Below are positions 49,208 to 57,732 of a DNA stretch of 64,000 nt, one piece after another. The stretch lies in contig CAZZGE010000002.1 of the NCBI GenBank assembly GCA_964653665.1, forward strand, positions 2,047-66,046. Reading direction: 5' to 3'. Under the pieces are notes generated by a model. It saw only the letters and a list, made by a program, of their open reading frames with translations. It was not told where the DNA came from and did not search any database. The translations under genes and the position numbers were made by a program. Numbering within the stretch: position 1 is the stretch's first letter; each line of letters opens with the position of its first letter. This DNA comes from an uncultured Porifericola sp. (GTDB lineage: Bacteria; Bacteroidota; Bacteroidia; Cytophagales; Cyclobacteriaceae).

Positions 49208-51985
49208 TTACTGCAGATTATTTTTGTCAGTTTTTTTGGCCTGAGCAATGGTCTCCCTGATCCTGGCCGATTCTGCTGTTATTGCACAAATCTCAGCAAC
49301 TTGCTTGCTAATCGCTTGAGGTGAGTGAAGTGCCCTTTTGTTAAATTTATTTTTGAAAATAGCATCCTTTTCAGCTCGTGCTTTCAGATGGAGGGAAAAG
49401 TGTTCCAAAGGATGCTTACCGAATACCTGGTAAGTTGCTATTTTAGGAGGTATATTTTCCAGGGTTAGAATTTGTTTACCCTCCTGTAAAATTAGGGTTC
49501 CCCTATCAAGATTTAGCTTAATTCTCAATTTCACTGATTTGACCTTCTCTGCCACCTCCAGTTTTTCTTTTAGCTGGATGGGATCCATCTTTTTCTGAAG
49601 ACTGTGCAGTCCGAATAGTTCTTTACCCCAGCTCACCCAATTACGAAAATTTGGATATACCGGTACCCGGGGCAGTTCGTATGCCAGATGAGCACGGTAT
49701 CGCTCTGCGTATCCCGGATCCTGCAACACAGCATATAGGTAGTAGAATAAATTTTCTTTGTTAATTGCTTGCAGGTCCCGGTTAGCTTTGTCGTACTCGT
49801 GGGTGAGTTCGCTGAGTTGTTTTTTGAGCTCATCAATGTAGCTTTTCACTCGCTGATAAATCACTTTGCGCTCAATGGCATCACGCTCCAGGCGCAGCAC
49901 TTTCTGACGAAACTCCTCAATCTTTTCGTAGGGTGGTGCCAGCAGTTCTACGTCTGATGTAAAATGCTGAGCATCATTGAGTAAGCGGTTGATCTGTTCG
50001 GGGTACTTGCGGATAACCGGCAAATCACGGCTGACTTTAGCGATCTTATCCAGGGTCTGGGTTATATTTTCCGGGGGAAACACGATAAAATGACTATCGA
50101 GATGCCGGGCTCGATGTCGATAACTTTGCCTAAAGTCATGCAGGGCAGCGTCGCTGATGTTACTTTCATTACCCGAACGACTTGCCTGCAGCCTTACAGT
50201 CAGGTGTTTAGGATAAGATTGGGAACTGACGGGATAGTAGCTGCCATTCACTTCACCCGTGCCTGGTAATACAATCATTTGTGGCTGATCATTGCCTAGC
50301 GGGCCCGTTAAAGCCTCATCGGCGTAAATAAAAGTGGATATCCACGGAAGAACCATTACCCTTCGGATGTGGTCAGTATTGAACTCCAGGGGAATACCTT
50401 TGTCAGCCATTATCTTAAGCTGCTCCGGCCAGACAATCTTATCACTTAGCTTCTTACTGGGTCTCAGTCCCTTTTGGTACTCTTTGATCAGGTACTTTAT
50501 CTTCTTCTCAAGCTGGTGTACATCATCGTCCATAAGCCACTGTGGCATCTGCCCTGATGGATCATCATCCGACATGTTGAAAAATGAATCTTCAGTACCA
50601 ACGAACGACATTAGCTCAAAAAAGTCACTTTCGGGTAGACCTATCCAGAAGTTTTGTTTTTTTGGGTCAATGCTGGTCCAGCTAATATCCTCAAAGGTCT
50701 TGGGCAGCGAAGTATCATCGTCTTGGGAGTCAAGCATTGCGTACTGTAAATGGGCGTTATGTGAAGTTTGTAGGTTTTTTCGGGCTACTAAAAAAATGGC
50801 GCAAAGACCGTCCTGTTCATCATCCTGGGGCCAATCTACAATGAAGATATGGTTATAATGCCGATTCAGATACGCGCGAACCGGGAGGTGTTGGTCAGAA
50901 GTAAGGAAGTTACGCTCTAGCAGCAGCAGCAGCAGACTGTCGGATTTCATTTTGGCTTCAGCCCAGGAAAGCAATAGCTCCGGGTATCCGGGATTCTGAG
51001 CTTTCGTATTTTCTTCAGCATATTTTTCCTGAAGAAAAAGCTTATTTTGACGGAGTAAATTCTTGAGGTACAAATATGAAGGCGCCGCTGATCTTAGGTC
51101 AAGGACGAGAGTATCAAAATGACTATCATTGAGCCTTTGCGTAAGCTGTTCGGTGTCGAGAGGCTGCCCAAATAATGCGGCCTGGGTGCCCTGTGTCCTT
51201 TGAGCCAGCTGGAAAGGGTTGGCCCAGAGTAGAGTGCGTTGGGATGTAGTGTGATGAACTTCCAGATAGCTTAGTGCAAAATCTGTGAGTGATTGGTATA
51301 GGTGCACTCTTGTGCTTTCTGCCCTTACTTGTGCATCATCGGAGTCAGAGTGGGTATTTAGCCATGCTGGCTCCTTTGCTTCAAGCCATAACATGGACAG
51401 GGAATCCTGGGCAGCATTGAGTCCTAGTTGTCGTTTCATCAGGTATTGCTGGAGGTAATGTAGCTGATGGATACAGGATGGATTGAGTGCATGGGGCAAC
51501 CGATTATCTGCAAGTAGCACCCGCCAGAGCAGATAGCGATCTTGTTGGGCGATCGCCTGGCTCACATGCGTGTTGGCATTCCTAAATTCCTGTAAGCGGT
51601 CAGGAAGGACCATTGGAAGTATATGATGACGACTAATTTCCAGAATGAGTTCTAGCGCCTCTTCTTTTTGTAATAACCGTAGATCATTAACATCCAGTAC
51701 GAGTGATAAAATTGTGCACTCTTCCAGCAACTGCTGAATATCGCTTTTGCTTAGTTCAGGAGAAAGTACCTGCCGAAGGTATTCTACCAAAATGATGTAT
51801 CGATCTTCTTTGGCAATAGTGTTGAATTGTTCTTTGAGACCAGATCGGATATCCTGTCTTACCAGTTGCAATGAGCAGTGCCAATTGGGCAACTGCTGCA
51901 GAATCATATTGATGGCTGACTCACTGGGTGAATAAGCCTCGCAAAAGCGATGAAAATTTCTGATGCTGAGATTGGCTGAAGGCAT
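49208..51985 (-). CDS. Degenerate Type ISP/IIG restriction-modification-like protein (inactive-looking N6-MTase fold + ISP C-terminal specificity domain)
   Basis: KENLFYYLYAVLQDPGYAERYRAHLAYELPRVP, SNISDAALHDFRQSY and LENIPP...YQV..KHPLE resemble the Type ISP target-recognition domain; no DPxxGxG or NPPY present. Confidence 0.7.
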   Translation of the reverse strand: MPSANLSIRNFHRFCEAYSPSESAINMILQQLPNWHCSLQLVRQDIRSGLKEQFNTIAKEDRYIILVEYLRQVLSPELSKSDIQQLLEECTILSLVLDVNDLRLLQKEEALELILEISRHHILPMVLPDRLQEFRNANTHVSQAIAQQDRYLLWRVLLADNRLPHALNPSCIHQLHYLQQYLMKRQLGLNAAQDSLSMLWLEAKEPAWLNTHSDSDDAQVRAESTRVHLYQSLTDFALSYLEVHHTTSQRTLLWANPFQLAQRTQGTQAALFGQPLDTEQLTQRLNDSHFDTLVLDLRSAAPSYLYLKNLLRQNKLFLQEKYAEENTKAQNPGYPELLLSWAEAKMKSDSLLLLLLERNFLTSDQHLPVRAYLNRHYNHIFIVDWPQDDEQDGLCAIFLVARKNLQTSHNAHLQYAMLDSQDDDTSLPKTFEDISWTSIDPKKQNFWIGLPESDFFELMSFVGTEDSFFNMSDDDPSGQMPQWLMDDDVHQLEKKIKYLIKEYQKGLRPSKKLSDKIVWPEQLKIMADKGIPLEFNTDHIRRVMVLPWISTFIYADEALTGPLGNDQPQMIVLPGTGEVNGSYYPVSSQSYPKHLTVRLQASRSGNESNISDAALHDFRQSYRHRARHLDSHFIVFPPENITQTLDKIAKVSRDLPVIRKYPEQINRLLNDAQHFTSDVELLAPPYEKIEEFRQKVLRLERDAIERKVIYQRVKSYIDELKKQLSELTHEYDKANRDLQAINKENLFYYLYAVLQDPGYAERYRAHLAYELPRVPVYPNFRNWVSWGKELFGLHSLQKKMDPIQLKEKLEVAEKVKSVKLRIKLNLDRGTLILQEGKQILTLENIPPKIATYQVFGKHPLEHFSLHLKARAEKDAIFKNKFNKRALHSPQAISKQVAEICAITAESARIRETIAQAKKTDKNNLQ

Positions 51986-52033
51986 ACACGAACGGCGAAG
52001 GAAGAGGGATGAGCAGGGTGCTTAGGCTATAAC

Positions 52034-52071
52034 AATCTGCTGCCTGATAACGTAGTATCCGGCAGCAGATT
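52034..52071. terminator. Strong hairpin just downstream of ytxH
   Basis: AATCTGCTGCC/GGCAGCAGATT perfect 11-bp stem extended by GATA/TATC; weak U-tract. Confidence 0.55.
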
Positions 52072-52076
52072 ATGAT

Positions 52077-52460
52077 TCACGATCCTCCGTTCGTACCAGT
52101 ATTTTCTTGTGCTTTTTTACGAGCTTCTTCCAGTGTATCCTGAATATTATGCCCGTTTTCAGTCAAAAAAAAATTATTGATACGCTCACGGAGTTTCTCC
52201 CCGGATTCGGGGGCAAAGAACAGGGCAAGTACAGAACCAGCCAGTAAGCCTCCGATAAGACCTGCCACTATGGTAGAAACATCCTCACTTTCCTGTTTCT
52301 TTTGCCTTTGCAGCAGGTACTGTTGTTTTTTGATTTTCTCTTTTAGTGCCCGGTTCACCGATAGTGCCGTGCCACTGATCAGGCTTACTACCTTAAGGGC
52401 TTCCAGTGCCGGAAATCTCCTCTTCTTTTTCCTTCTAAATCCAAATGAATTTAAGTCCAT
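52077..52460 (-). CDS. YtxH domain-containing protein
   Basis: GLIGGLLAGSVLALFFAPESGEKLRERI. Confidence 0.85.
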   Translation of the reverse strand: MDLNSFGFRRKKKRRFPALEALKVVSLISGTALSVNRALKEKIKKQQYLLQRQKKQESEDVSTIVAGLIGGLLAGSVLALFFAPESGEKLRERINNFFLTENGHNIQDTLEEARKKAQENTGTNGGS

Positions 52461-52719
52461 AGCTCAAAAAATTTAGGGTCTTATTATATAATACAACATA
52501 AGCAATTTAGTATAAATACAGCTTTATACCAACCCTCTTGGTAGTTTATAAACTATTGAGGTATAATTGAAAGTATCAATAATCATAGTTGTCTGTAAAG
52601 GATTAAGACCTCTTTTTTATCGTCTCTGAATAATGGTGCGCGCTATTGTATAAAACTCTGCTAATAGCTAAATGCACTAAAATGGGAAAGAAAATAACTT
52701 TCTTGGAAGCTTGGACTCC

Positions 52720-53382
52720 TTAGTAAATAATTTCCGGTTCTGTATCGTCGCCTTGTTGTTGGTAAAGGGCCCAGTACTGCTCCGCAATGGTGGCAGGGTG
52801 GTATTTTTCGTCTTCTGGGCTTATCGTACCCTTAATCGTGACGGTAGCCACGTGAATACCCATAGGTTTGAGTTGCTTGTACAGGCTGAAAGCCAGGTTA
52901 CGTAGTGCGGCTTTTCCCATCGCCAGGGAGCCAAAGGCAGGCTCAGGTTCAAATGCGAAACCACCCCCAGTTAGGAAAATCTTACCACCTCCCGCCATTT
53001 CCATGGTTTGCCGGACAGCTTGTACGGCGCTTATGGCTCCCAACACATTGGTTACGTAATCGTGGATGAGGGCTTCCTGTGATACATTCAAGAGGTTGAT
53101 CTGCTGTGCCGTAAAGGCATTATAAATCAACACCTCGGTAGGACCCAGTGATTCGTGAATGTAGGCAAGGCTGCTCTTCAGATCCTTACGATCAGCAACG
53201 TCGGCCAGGTAATAATAGCTTTCTACTTTTTCCCGGGAAAGGGTTTTCTGGTACTGCTTGAGCTTATTATTATTATTCCGGGCAATCATAGCAATGGTAA
53301 AGCCCTCTTTTCCGAAGCGGCGAGCCTGAGCAATGCCATTGCCAGCTCCCATACCGACGATCGTGACGACTTTACTACTCAT
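52720..53382 (-). CDS. Short-chain dehydrogenase/reductase
   Basis: IVGMGAGNG, LIYNA, LTGGG, IHVATVTI. Confidence 0.85.
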   Translation of the reverse strand: MSSKVVTIVGMGAGNGIAQARRFGKEGFTIAMIARNNNNKLKQYQKTLSREKVESYYYLADVADRKDLKSSLAYIHESLGPTEVLIYNAFTAQQINLLNVSQEALIHDYVTNVLGAISAVQAVRQTMEMAGGGKIFLTGGGFAFEPEPAFGSLAMGKAALRNLAFSLYKQLKPMGIHVATVTIKGTISPEDEKYHPATIAEQYWALYQQQGDDTEPEIIY

Positions 53383-54287
53383 AGAATTGCCTGCTCTTCT
53401 ACCTGTATTTCCCTATGATCTAGCAGCAGAGGGAAAAACTGTCCGTGCATGGCTTCTCCTATCCCAATTTCAGGTACGCCCTGTAGTAGTACGTCATCTG
53501 TATTAGAGCGCACACCATCCGCAAAGACATTAATGACAAAAGCACGCCGGGGTCGGTAGGTTTTATTTTCGTACGAGCCGTGGACCATCAGTGGATGGTG
53601 AAAGGCAGCATGGCCTTTCTTAAGTTCTACCGGCACAGGGTTGAATTCTTTTTTCTGCTCTTCAGAAAGGTATTCTTGCAGGCCATCCATATCGCCGGCG
53701 AGTTCTGGTTTGTTCAACAGGCCCCAGCGATGACTACCTGGTACATAGTAGAGACAGCCGTTTTGCTGATCCGCATCATCCAGACCGGTCCAGCAGGTAA
53801 GGTGAGCCATGGGGACGGTGCGCGTCCAGTAAGCATAGTCCTGGTGCCAGGCTACAACTCCCCCGTGTTGCGCGGGTTTATAGAACAATTGATCGTGCCA
53901 GAACCGTACAGATTCATTGCCCAGTAACTGGCTGGCTGCCATGACGAATGCTGGATTCCAAAGTACATCATGAAAGCCCGGGGAGACTCGCCATGCCCCT
54001 AAGGCATGAAAAAGTGTGTGATTGGGGTTGGCTGACTCGTTAGAATGATACTCATAAAAGAGATGGTTGGCGGGATGATCCGCATTAAGAAGTTCTTTCA
54101 GGTCATCTCTTAGCTTTTCTATCTGCGGATTGTTGAGCAGAGGTATGTCTGCCAGGTAACCATTTTCATGAAAGAAATTTACTTGTTCATCAGTGAGTTT
54201 GTATTGCTCCCAGTCTGCGGTGCTTTGGGGCCACTGAAATAGGTTACTGACCAGATGATGAATTTCAGAGAGGTCGTTGGTTTGCAT
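53379..54287 (-). CDS. Phytanoyl-CoA dioxygenase (PhyH) family Fe(II)/2-oxoglutarate oxygenase
   Basis: WHQD, NGCLYYVPGSH, HGS...R facial triad motifs. Confidence 0.88.
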   Translation of the reverse strand: MQTNDLSEIHHLVSNLFQWPQSTADWEQYKLTDEQVNFFHENGYLADIPLLNNPQIEKLRDDLKELLNADHPANHLFYEYHSNESANPNHTLFHALGAWRVSPGFHDVLWNPAFVMAASQLLGNESVRFWHDQLFYKPAQHGGVVAWHQDYAYWTRTVPMAHLTCWTGLDDADQQNGCLYYVPGSHRWGLLNKPELAGDMDGLQEYLSEEQKKEFNPVPVELKKGHAAFHHPLMVHGSYENKTYRPRRAFVINVFADGVRSNTDDVLLQGVPEIGIGEAMHGQFFPLLLDHREIQVEEQAIL

Positions 54288-54308
54288 GATTAAGTCGGTT
54301 TATTAAGA

Positions 54309-55151
54309 TCAGCCACTTTTTTGTGTTTTGAAAAAGTTACTAAAAAAGAGAAACTGGTACTGCACAGCATGATCCCAGTAAGACCAGTTGTGGCGACCCG
54401 GTCGCTCAATGTAGTCGTGCGGAATACCAGCAGCCAGTAGCTTGCGGTGAAGGTTACGGTTGATTTCAATGAAAAAGTCGTCAATACCACAATCAACGAT
54501 GATCGCCAGTTGCCCGAGTATAATCTTATCTACTAGGTTTACTACCGAGAGAGAATCCCATCTTTCAGGATTTTGATTATAGGGTCCAAGTATGTCATCA
54601 ATGTCCCAGGCATGGATATCAAAAGTCAGGTCTACGCCACCACTCATGCTGCCAGCAGCACCGAAAGTATCCTGATGCCGGATGCCTAAAAAAAGACCAC
54701 CGTGTCCTCCCATACTTAAACCAGTGATAGCCCGGGCGTTACGATCCGAAATACTGCGGTAGTTTTCATCTATAAAGTTTACCACTTCCTGAGCTACGTG
54801 GGTTTCGTACTGGCTACCTTGGTCTACAGGGCTATCTATGTACCAGCTATTGTACCCGCCGTCGGGCATGACAACGATCACCTGGTGACGGTCTGCCAGG
54901 CTGGGCACCGCGCTGGCTTTGGTAGTCCAGCCAGCATAGCTGTCACTGTAGCCGTGCAGAAGGTAAATGACGGGGTAGCGCTTCTGTCCTTCTTCATAAC
55001 CTTCAGGCGTAATGACAACGGCTGGTATTTCCTTGTCCATAACAACACTAAAGATTTGTAAGGTATCCGTTTCGGCACCAAAGGCAGATAAGGTGTAAAG
55101 CAGAGATGAAAACACTGAAAGCAGCGTAGCCGGAAAATACTTTTTCATCAT
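54309..55151 (-). CDS. Secreted esterase (alpha/beta hydrolase, putative esterase family)
   Basis: YLLHG, GLSMGG nucleophile elbow, DCGIDD, GRHNW; start moved to ATG at 55151. Confidence 0.88.
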   Translation of the reverse strand: MMKKYFPATLLSVFSSLLYTLSAFGAETDTLQIFSVVMDKEIPAVVITPEGYEEGQKRYPVIYLLHGYSDSYAGWTTKASAVPSLADRHQVIVVMPDGGYNSWYIDSPVDQGSQYETHVAQEVVNFIDENYRSISDRNARAITGLSMGGHGGLFLGIRHQDTFGAAGSMSGGVDLTFDIHAWDIDDILGPYNQNPERWDSLSVVNLVDKIILGQLAIIVDCGIDDFFIEINRNLHRKLLAAGIPHDYIERPGRHNWSYWDHAVQYQFLFFSNFFKTQKSG

Positions 55152-55336
55152 TAGCGGTGTAGTTTTACGTTTGTTCCTGAAAAATTGCGGCAAAAAAATC
55201 TTTTACAGTTACAGTCATTTTCTCTTCAAATTAAAGGATTTTTATTAAAATGTTAGTAATAGCTGACTATTCTGGTTTACAGCCAATTTTTGACAGACCG
55301 CTACTAGCCTAACTGATATACACTGACTTAATTGTT

Positions 55337-56761
55337 ATGCATCACCATCTGATTCGCATCCTGATACTTGTTTTTCTATCTGTTGTATACTTTTCGTGTC
55401 AGCCCAGCGACCGTGAGTCGGGACCTCCTAATATCATTATTTTTTTGGTGGATGACCTGGGCTGGACAGACTTAGGCTGTTACGGAAGTGATCTTTACGA
55501 AACGCCCCACATTGATAAGCTGGCACGGAGAAGTTTTCAGTTTACCAATGCTTACGCGGCCTGCACGGTTTGTTCTCCCACAAGAGCAGCCATCATGAGT
55601 GGGAAGTATCCTGCCCGTCTGAACCTGACTGACTGGATCACTGGCAGTGTAAATAGATACGCAAAACTTCAAGTACCTGACTGGAGAATGTACCTGCCTC
55701 AGGAAGAAGAAACGATTGCTGAGTTTTTAAAATCAAAAGGATATGCAACGGCCCACGTAGGTAAATGGCATCTGGGTGAAGATACGATCTACTATCCGCA
55801 GTACCAGGGCTTTGATATCAATGTAGCTGGCTATAACAAAGGATCACCTCCTTCTTACTTTTATCCTTACGAGCGAAAGGGCAGAGAACCCATTCCTTAC
55901 CTGGAGGGAGGGGAAGAGGGTGAGTACCTGACGGATCGTCTTACAGAAGAAGCAGTTAGTTTTATCAAAGAACATGATGATCAGCCTTTCTTTCTAAACT
56001 TTGATCATTACGCGGTTCACACCCCTATACAGGGAAAAGACAGCCTGATAGACTATTACCAAAGAAAAATCATATCGGATTTACAGCACAGCAATCCCGC
56101 TTATGCTGCTATGGTGCATAGCACCGATGAAAGCATGGGCAGGCTGATGCAAATGCTGGACAGTCTGCAACTAACGGATAACACTTTTATATTTTTTACC
56201 AGTGACAATGGAGGGCTGGTGTTATGGGACATAACCAGTAATGCCCCGCTTCGCTCGGGTAAGGGCGCTCCTTACGAAGGGGGAACCCGGGTCCCCATGA
56301 TCATTAAGCCAACAGGTGATTATTTGCAGGGTATACGTACAGAAGAACCGGTTATTTCGATGGACATCCCTGCCACGATCCGGGATCTGCTGAGTGGAGC
56401 TAGTCAGCCAGCTTATCAGGATGGTAAAAGTCTGCTACCTTTGCTCAGAGGAAATGTACCGTCATTAGAGCGTGAAGCGTTATACTGGCATTATCCGCAT
56501 TATCACCGGGGTGGCTCATCGCCTTATAGCGCAGTTCGTCAAGGTAACTACAAGTTGATACATTACTACGAAGATGGACGTCAGGAGCTTTTCAATCTGA
56601 AGAAAGATCTATCGGAGCAGTATGACATCAGCAGCCAGGAAGAAGAAGTGTTACAAAAGCTGCAGCAACAATTGGAAGGCTGGAAAAAAGAAGTAAAAGC
56701 ACAAATGCCTAGCCCTAATCCTGACTATGACTCTCTGAAAGCAATGGATTATTATCCCTGA
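55337..56761 (+). CDS. Formylglycine-dependent (S1) sulfatase lipoprotein
   Basis: Lipobox YFSC; DDLG, CSPTR, GKWHLG, SDNGG. Confidence 0.93.
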   Translation: MHHHLIRILILVFLSVVYFSCQPSDRESGPPNIIIFLVDDLGWTDLGCYGSDLYETPHIDKLARRSFQFTNAYAACTVCSPTRAAIMSGKYPARLNLTDWITGSVNRYAKLQVPDWRMYLPQEEETIAEFLKSKGYATAHVGKWHLGEDTIYYPQYQGFDINVAGYNKGSPPSYFYPYERKGREPIPYLEGGEEGEYLTDRLTEEAVSFIKEHDDQPFFLNFDHYAVHTPIQGKDSLIDYYQRKIISDLQHSNPAYAAMVHSTDESMGRLMQMLDSLQLTDNTFIFFTSDNGGLVLWDITSNAPLRSGKGAPYEGGTRVPMIIKPTGDYLQGIRTEEPVISMDIPATIRDLLSGASQPAYQDGKSLLPLLRGNVPSLEREALYWHYPHYHRGGSSPYSAVRQGNYKLIHYYEDGRQELFNLKKDLSEQYDISSQEEEVLQKLQQQLEGWKKEVKAQMPSPNPDYDSLKAMDYYP

Positions 56762-57717
56762 TCTGTATCGGGAAAATTTAACCGGATGAGTAACTTGCCC
56801 ACTGTTCTATCGGATTCAGCATGACGCATGGCATCGGCAAGCTGGTCATGGTTGTAGGTCTTTTCTATAAGAGGGCGTAGGCCTTCATTGTCAACATAAT
56901 TGCGTAAAACTTCCAGGTCTTTCCGGTTGGGCCTCACCCACATAGTATGAGCGGACTGATGGCTGAATTTGGTAAGCCATGACCAAAAAAAGGCTGATGG
57001 TCCGGGTAAGGTAGTAACGTAATGGCCTGACTTTTTGAGAATACTCCGACATCGTGGATAGCTGCTCTTGGCTACTGCATCAAAAACGAGGTCATACTGG
57101 TTGGGTAACTTTTCAATAGACTGTCGGGTATAGTCCATGACAGAATCAGCCCCCAGTTTTTTTACGATTTCAGTATTTTTACCACTACATACACCCGTTA
57201 CCTCTGCGCCCATAATCTTGGCGATCTGAACAGCAAAACTACCAACACCTCCTGAGGCACCATTGATCAGCACCTGCTGTTTTTTCCGGAGCTTACCGTG
57301 ATCCCGTAGTGCCTGTAAAGCAGTCAGACCAGCCAGCGGTATCACTGCCGCCTCTTTCAAGGGAATACTTTCCGGGGCAGGGGCCAACCTATCTTCATGC
57401 AATGTAACGTGCTCTGCGTATGCTCCCATAGCAGATGCCGAATTCATTCCGTACACTTTCTGGCCTAGGGTAAAGGAACTGTGAGCTGACCCCAATTCTA
57501 CAACCTCACCTGCAAAATCGTGTCCTAGTACAATAGGAAAATTTTTTCTGATAATGAGTTTAAGATCTCCTCTCCTGACTTTAAAGTCAATGGGATTGAT
57601 GGAAGAGGCCAATGCCTTTATTTTTACTTCACCCGGTTGTACAGGAGTAGTGTTGATATCACCGAATTGTAGCACATCAGGTCCTCCATATTCATGAATG
57701 ATTATCGCTTTTGTCAT
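56752..57717 (-). CDS. Zinc-independent MDR/quinone oxidoreductase-like protein
   Basis: YGGPDVL, INPID, GHDFAG, INGASGGVG. Confidence 0.88.
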   Translation of the reverse strand: MTKAIIIHEYGGPDVLQFGDINTTPVQPGEVKIKALASSINPIDFKVRRGDLKLIIRKNFPIVLGHDFAGEVVELGSAHSSFTLGQKVYGMNSASAMGAYAEHVTLHEDRLAPAPESIPLKEAAVIPLAGLTALQALRDHGKLRKKQQVLINGASGGVGSFAVQIAKIMGAEVTGVCSGKNTEIVKKLGADSVMDYTRQSIEKLPNQYDLVFDAVAKSSYPRCRSILKKSGHYVTTLPGPSAFFWSWLTKFSHQSAHTMWVRPNRKDLEVLRNYVDNEGLRPLIEKTYNHDQLADAMRHAESDRTVGKLLIRLNFPDTDQG

Positions 57718-57732
57718 GACATACTCTTTATA

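Noticed and set aside
53264..53277. Short trinucleotide repeat giving NNNN in the SDR
   Set aside because: In-frame and only about four units, so it cannot cause phase variation; at most a minor slippage event.
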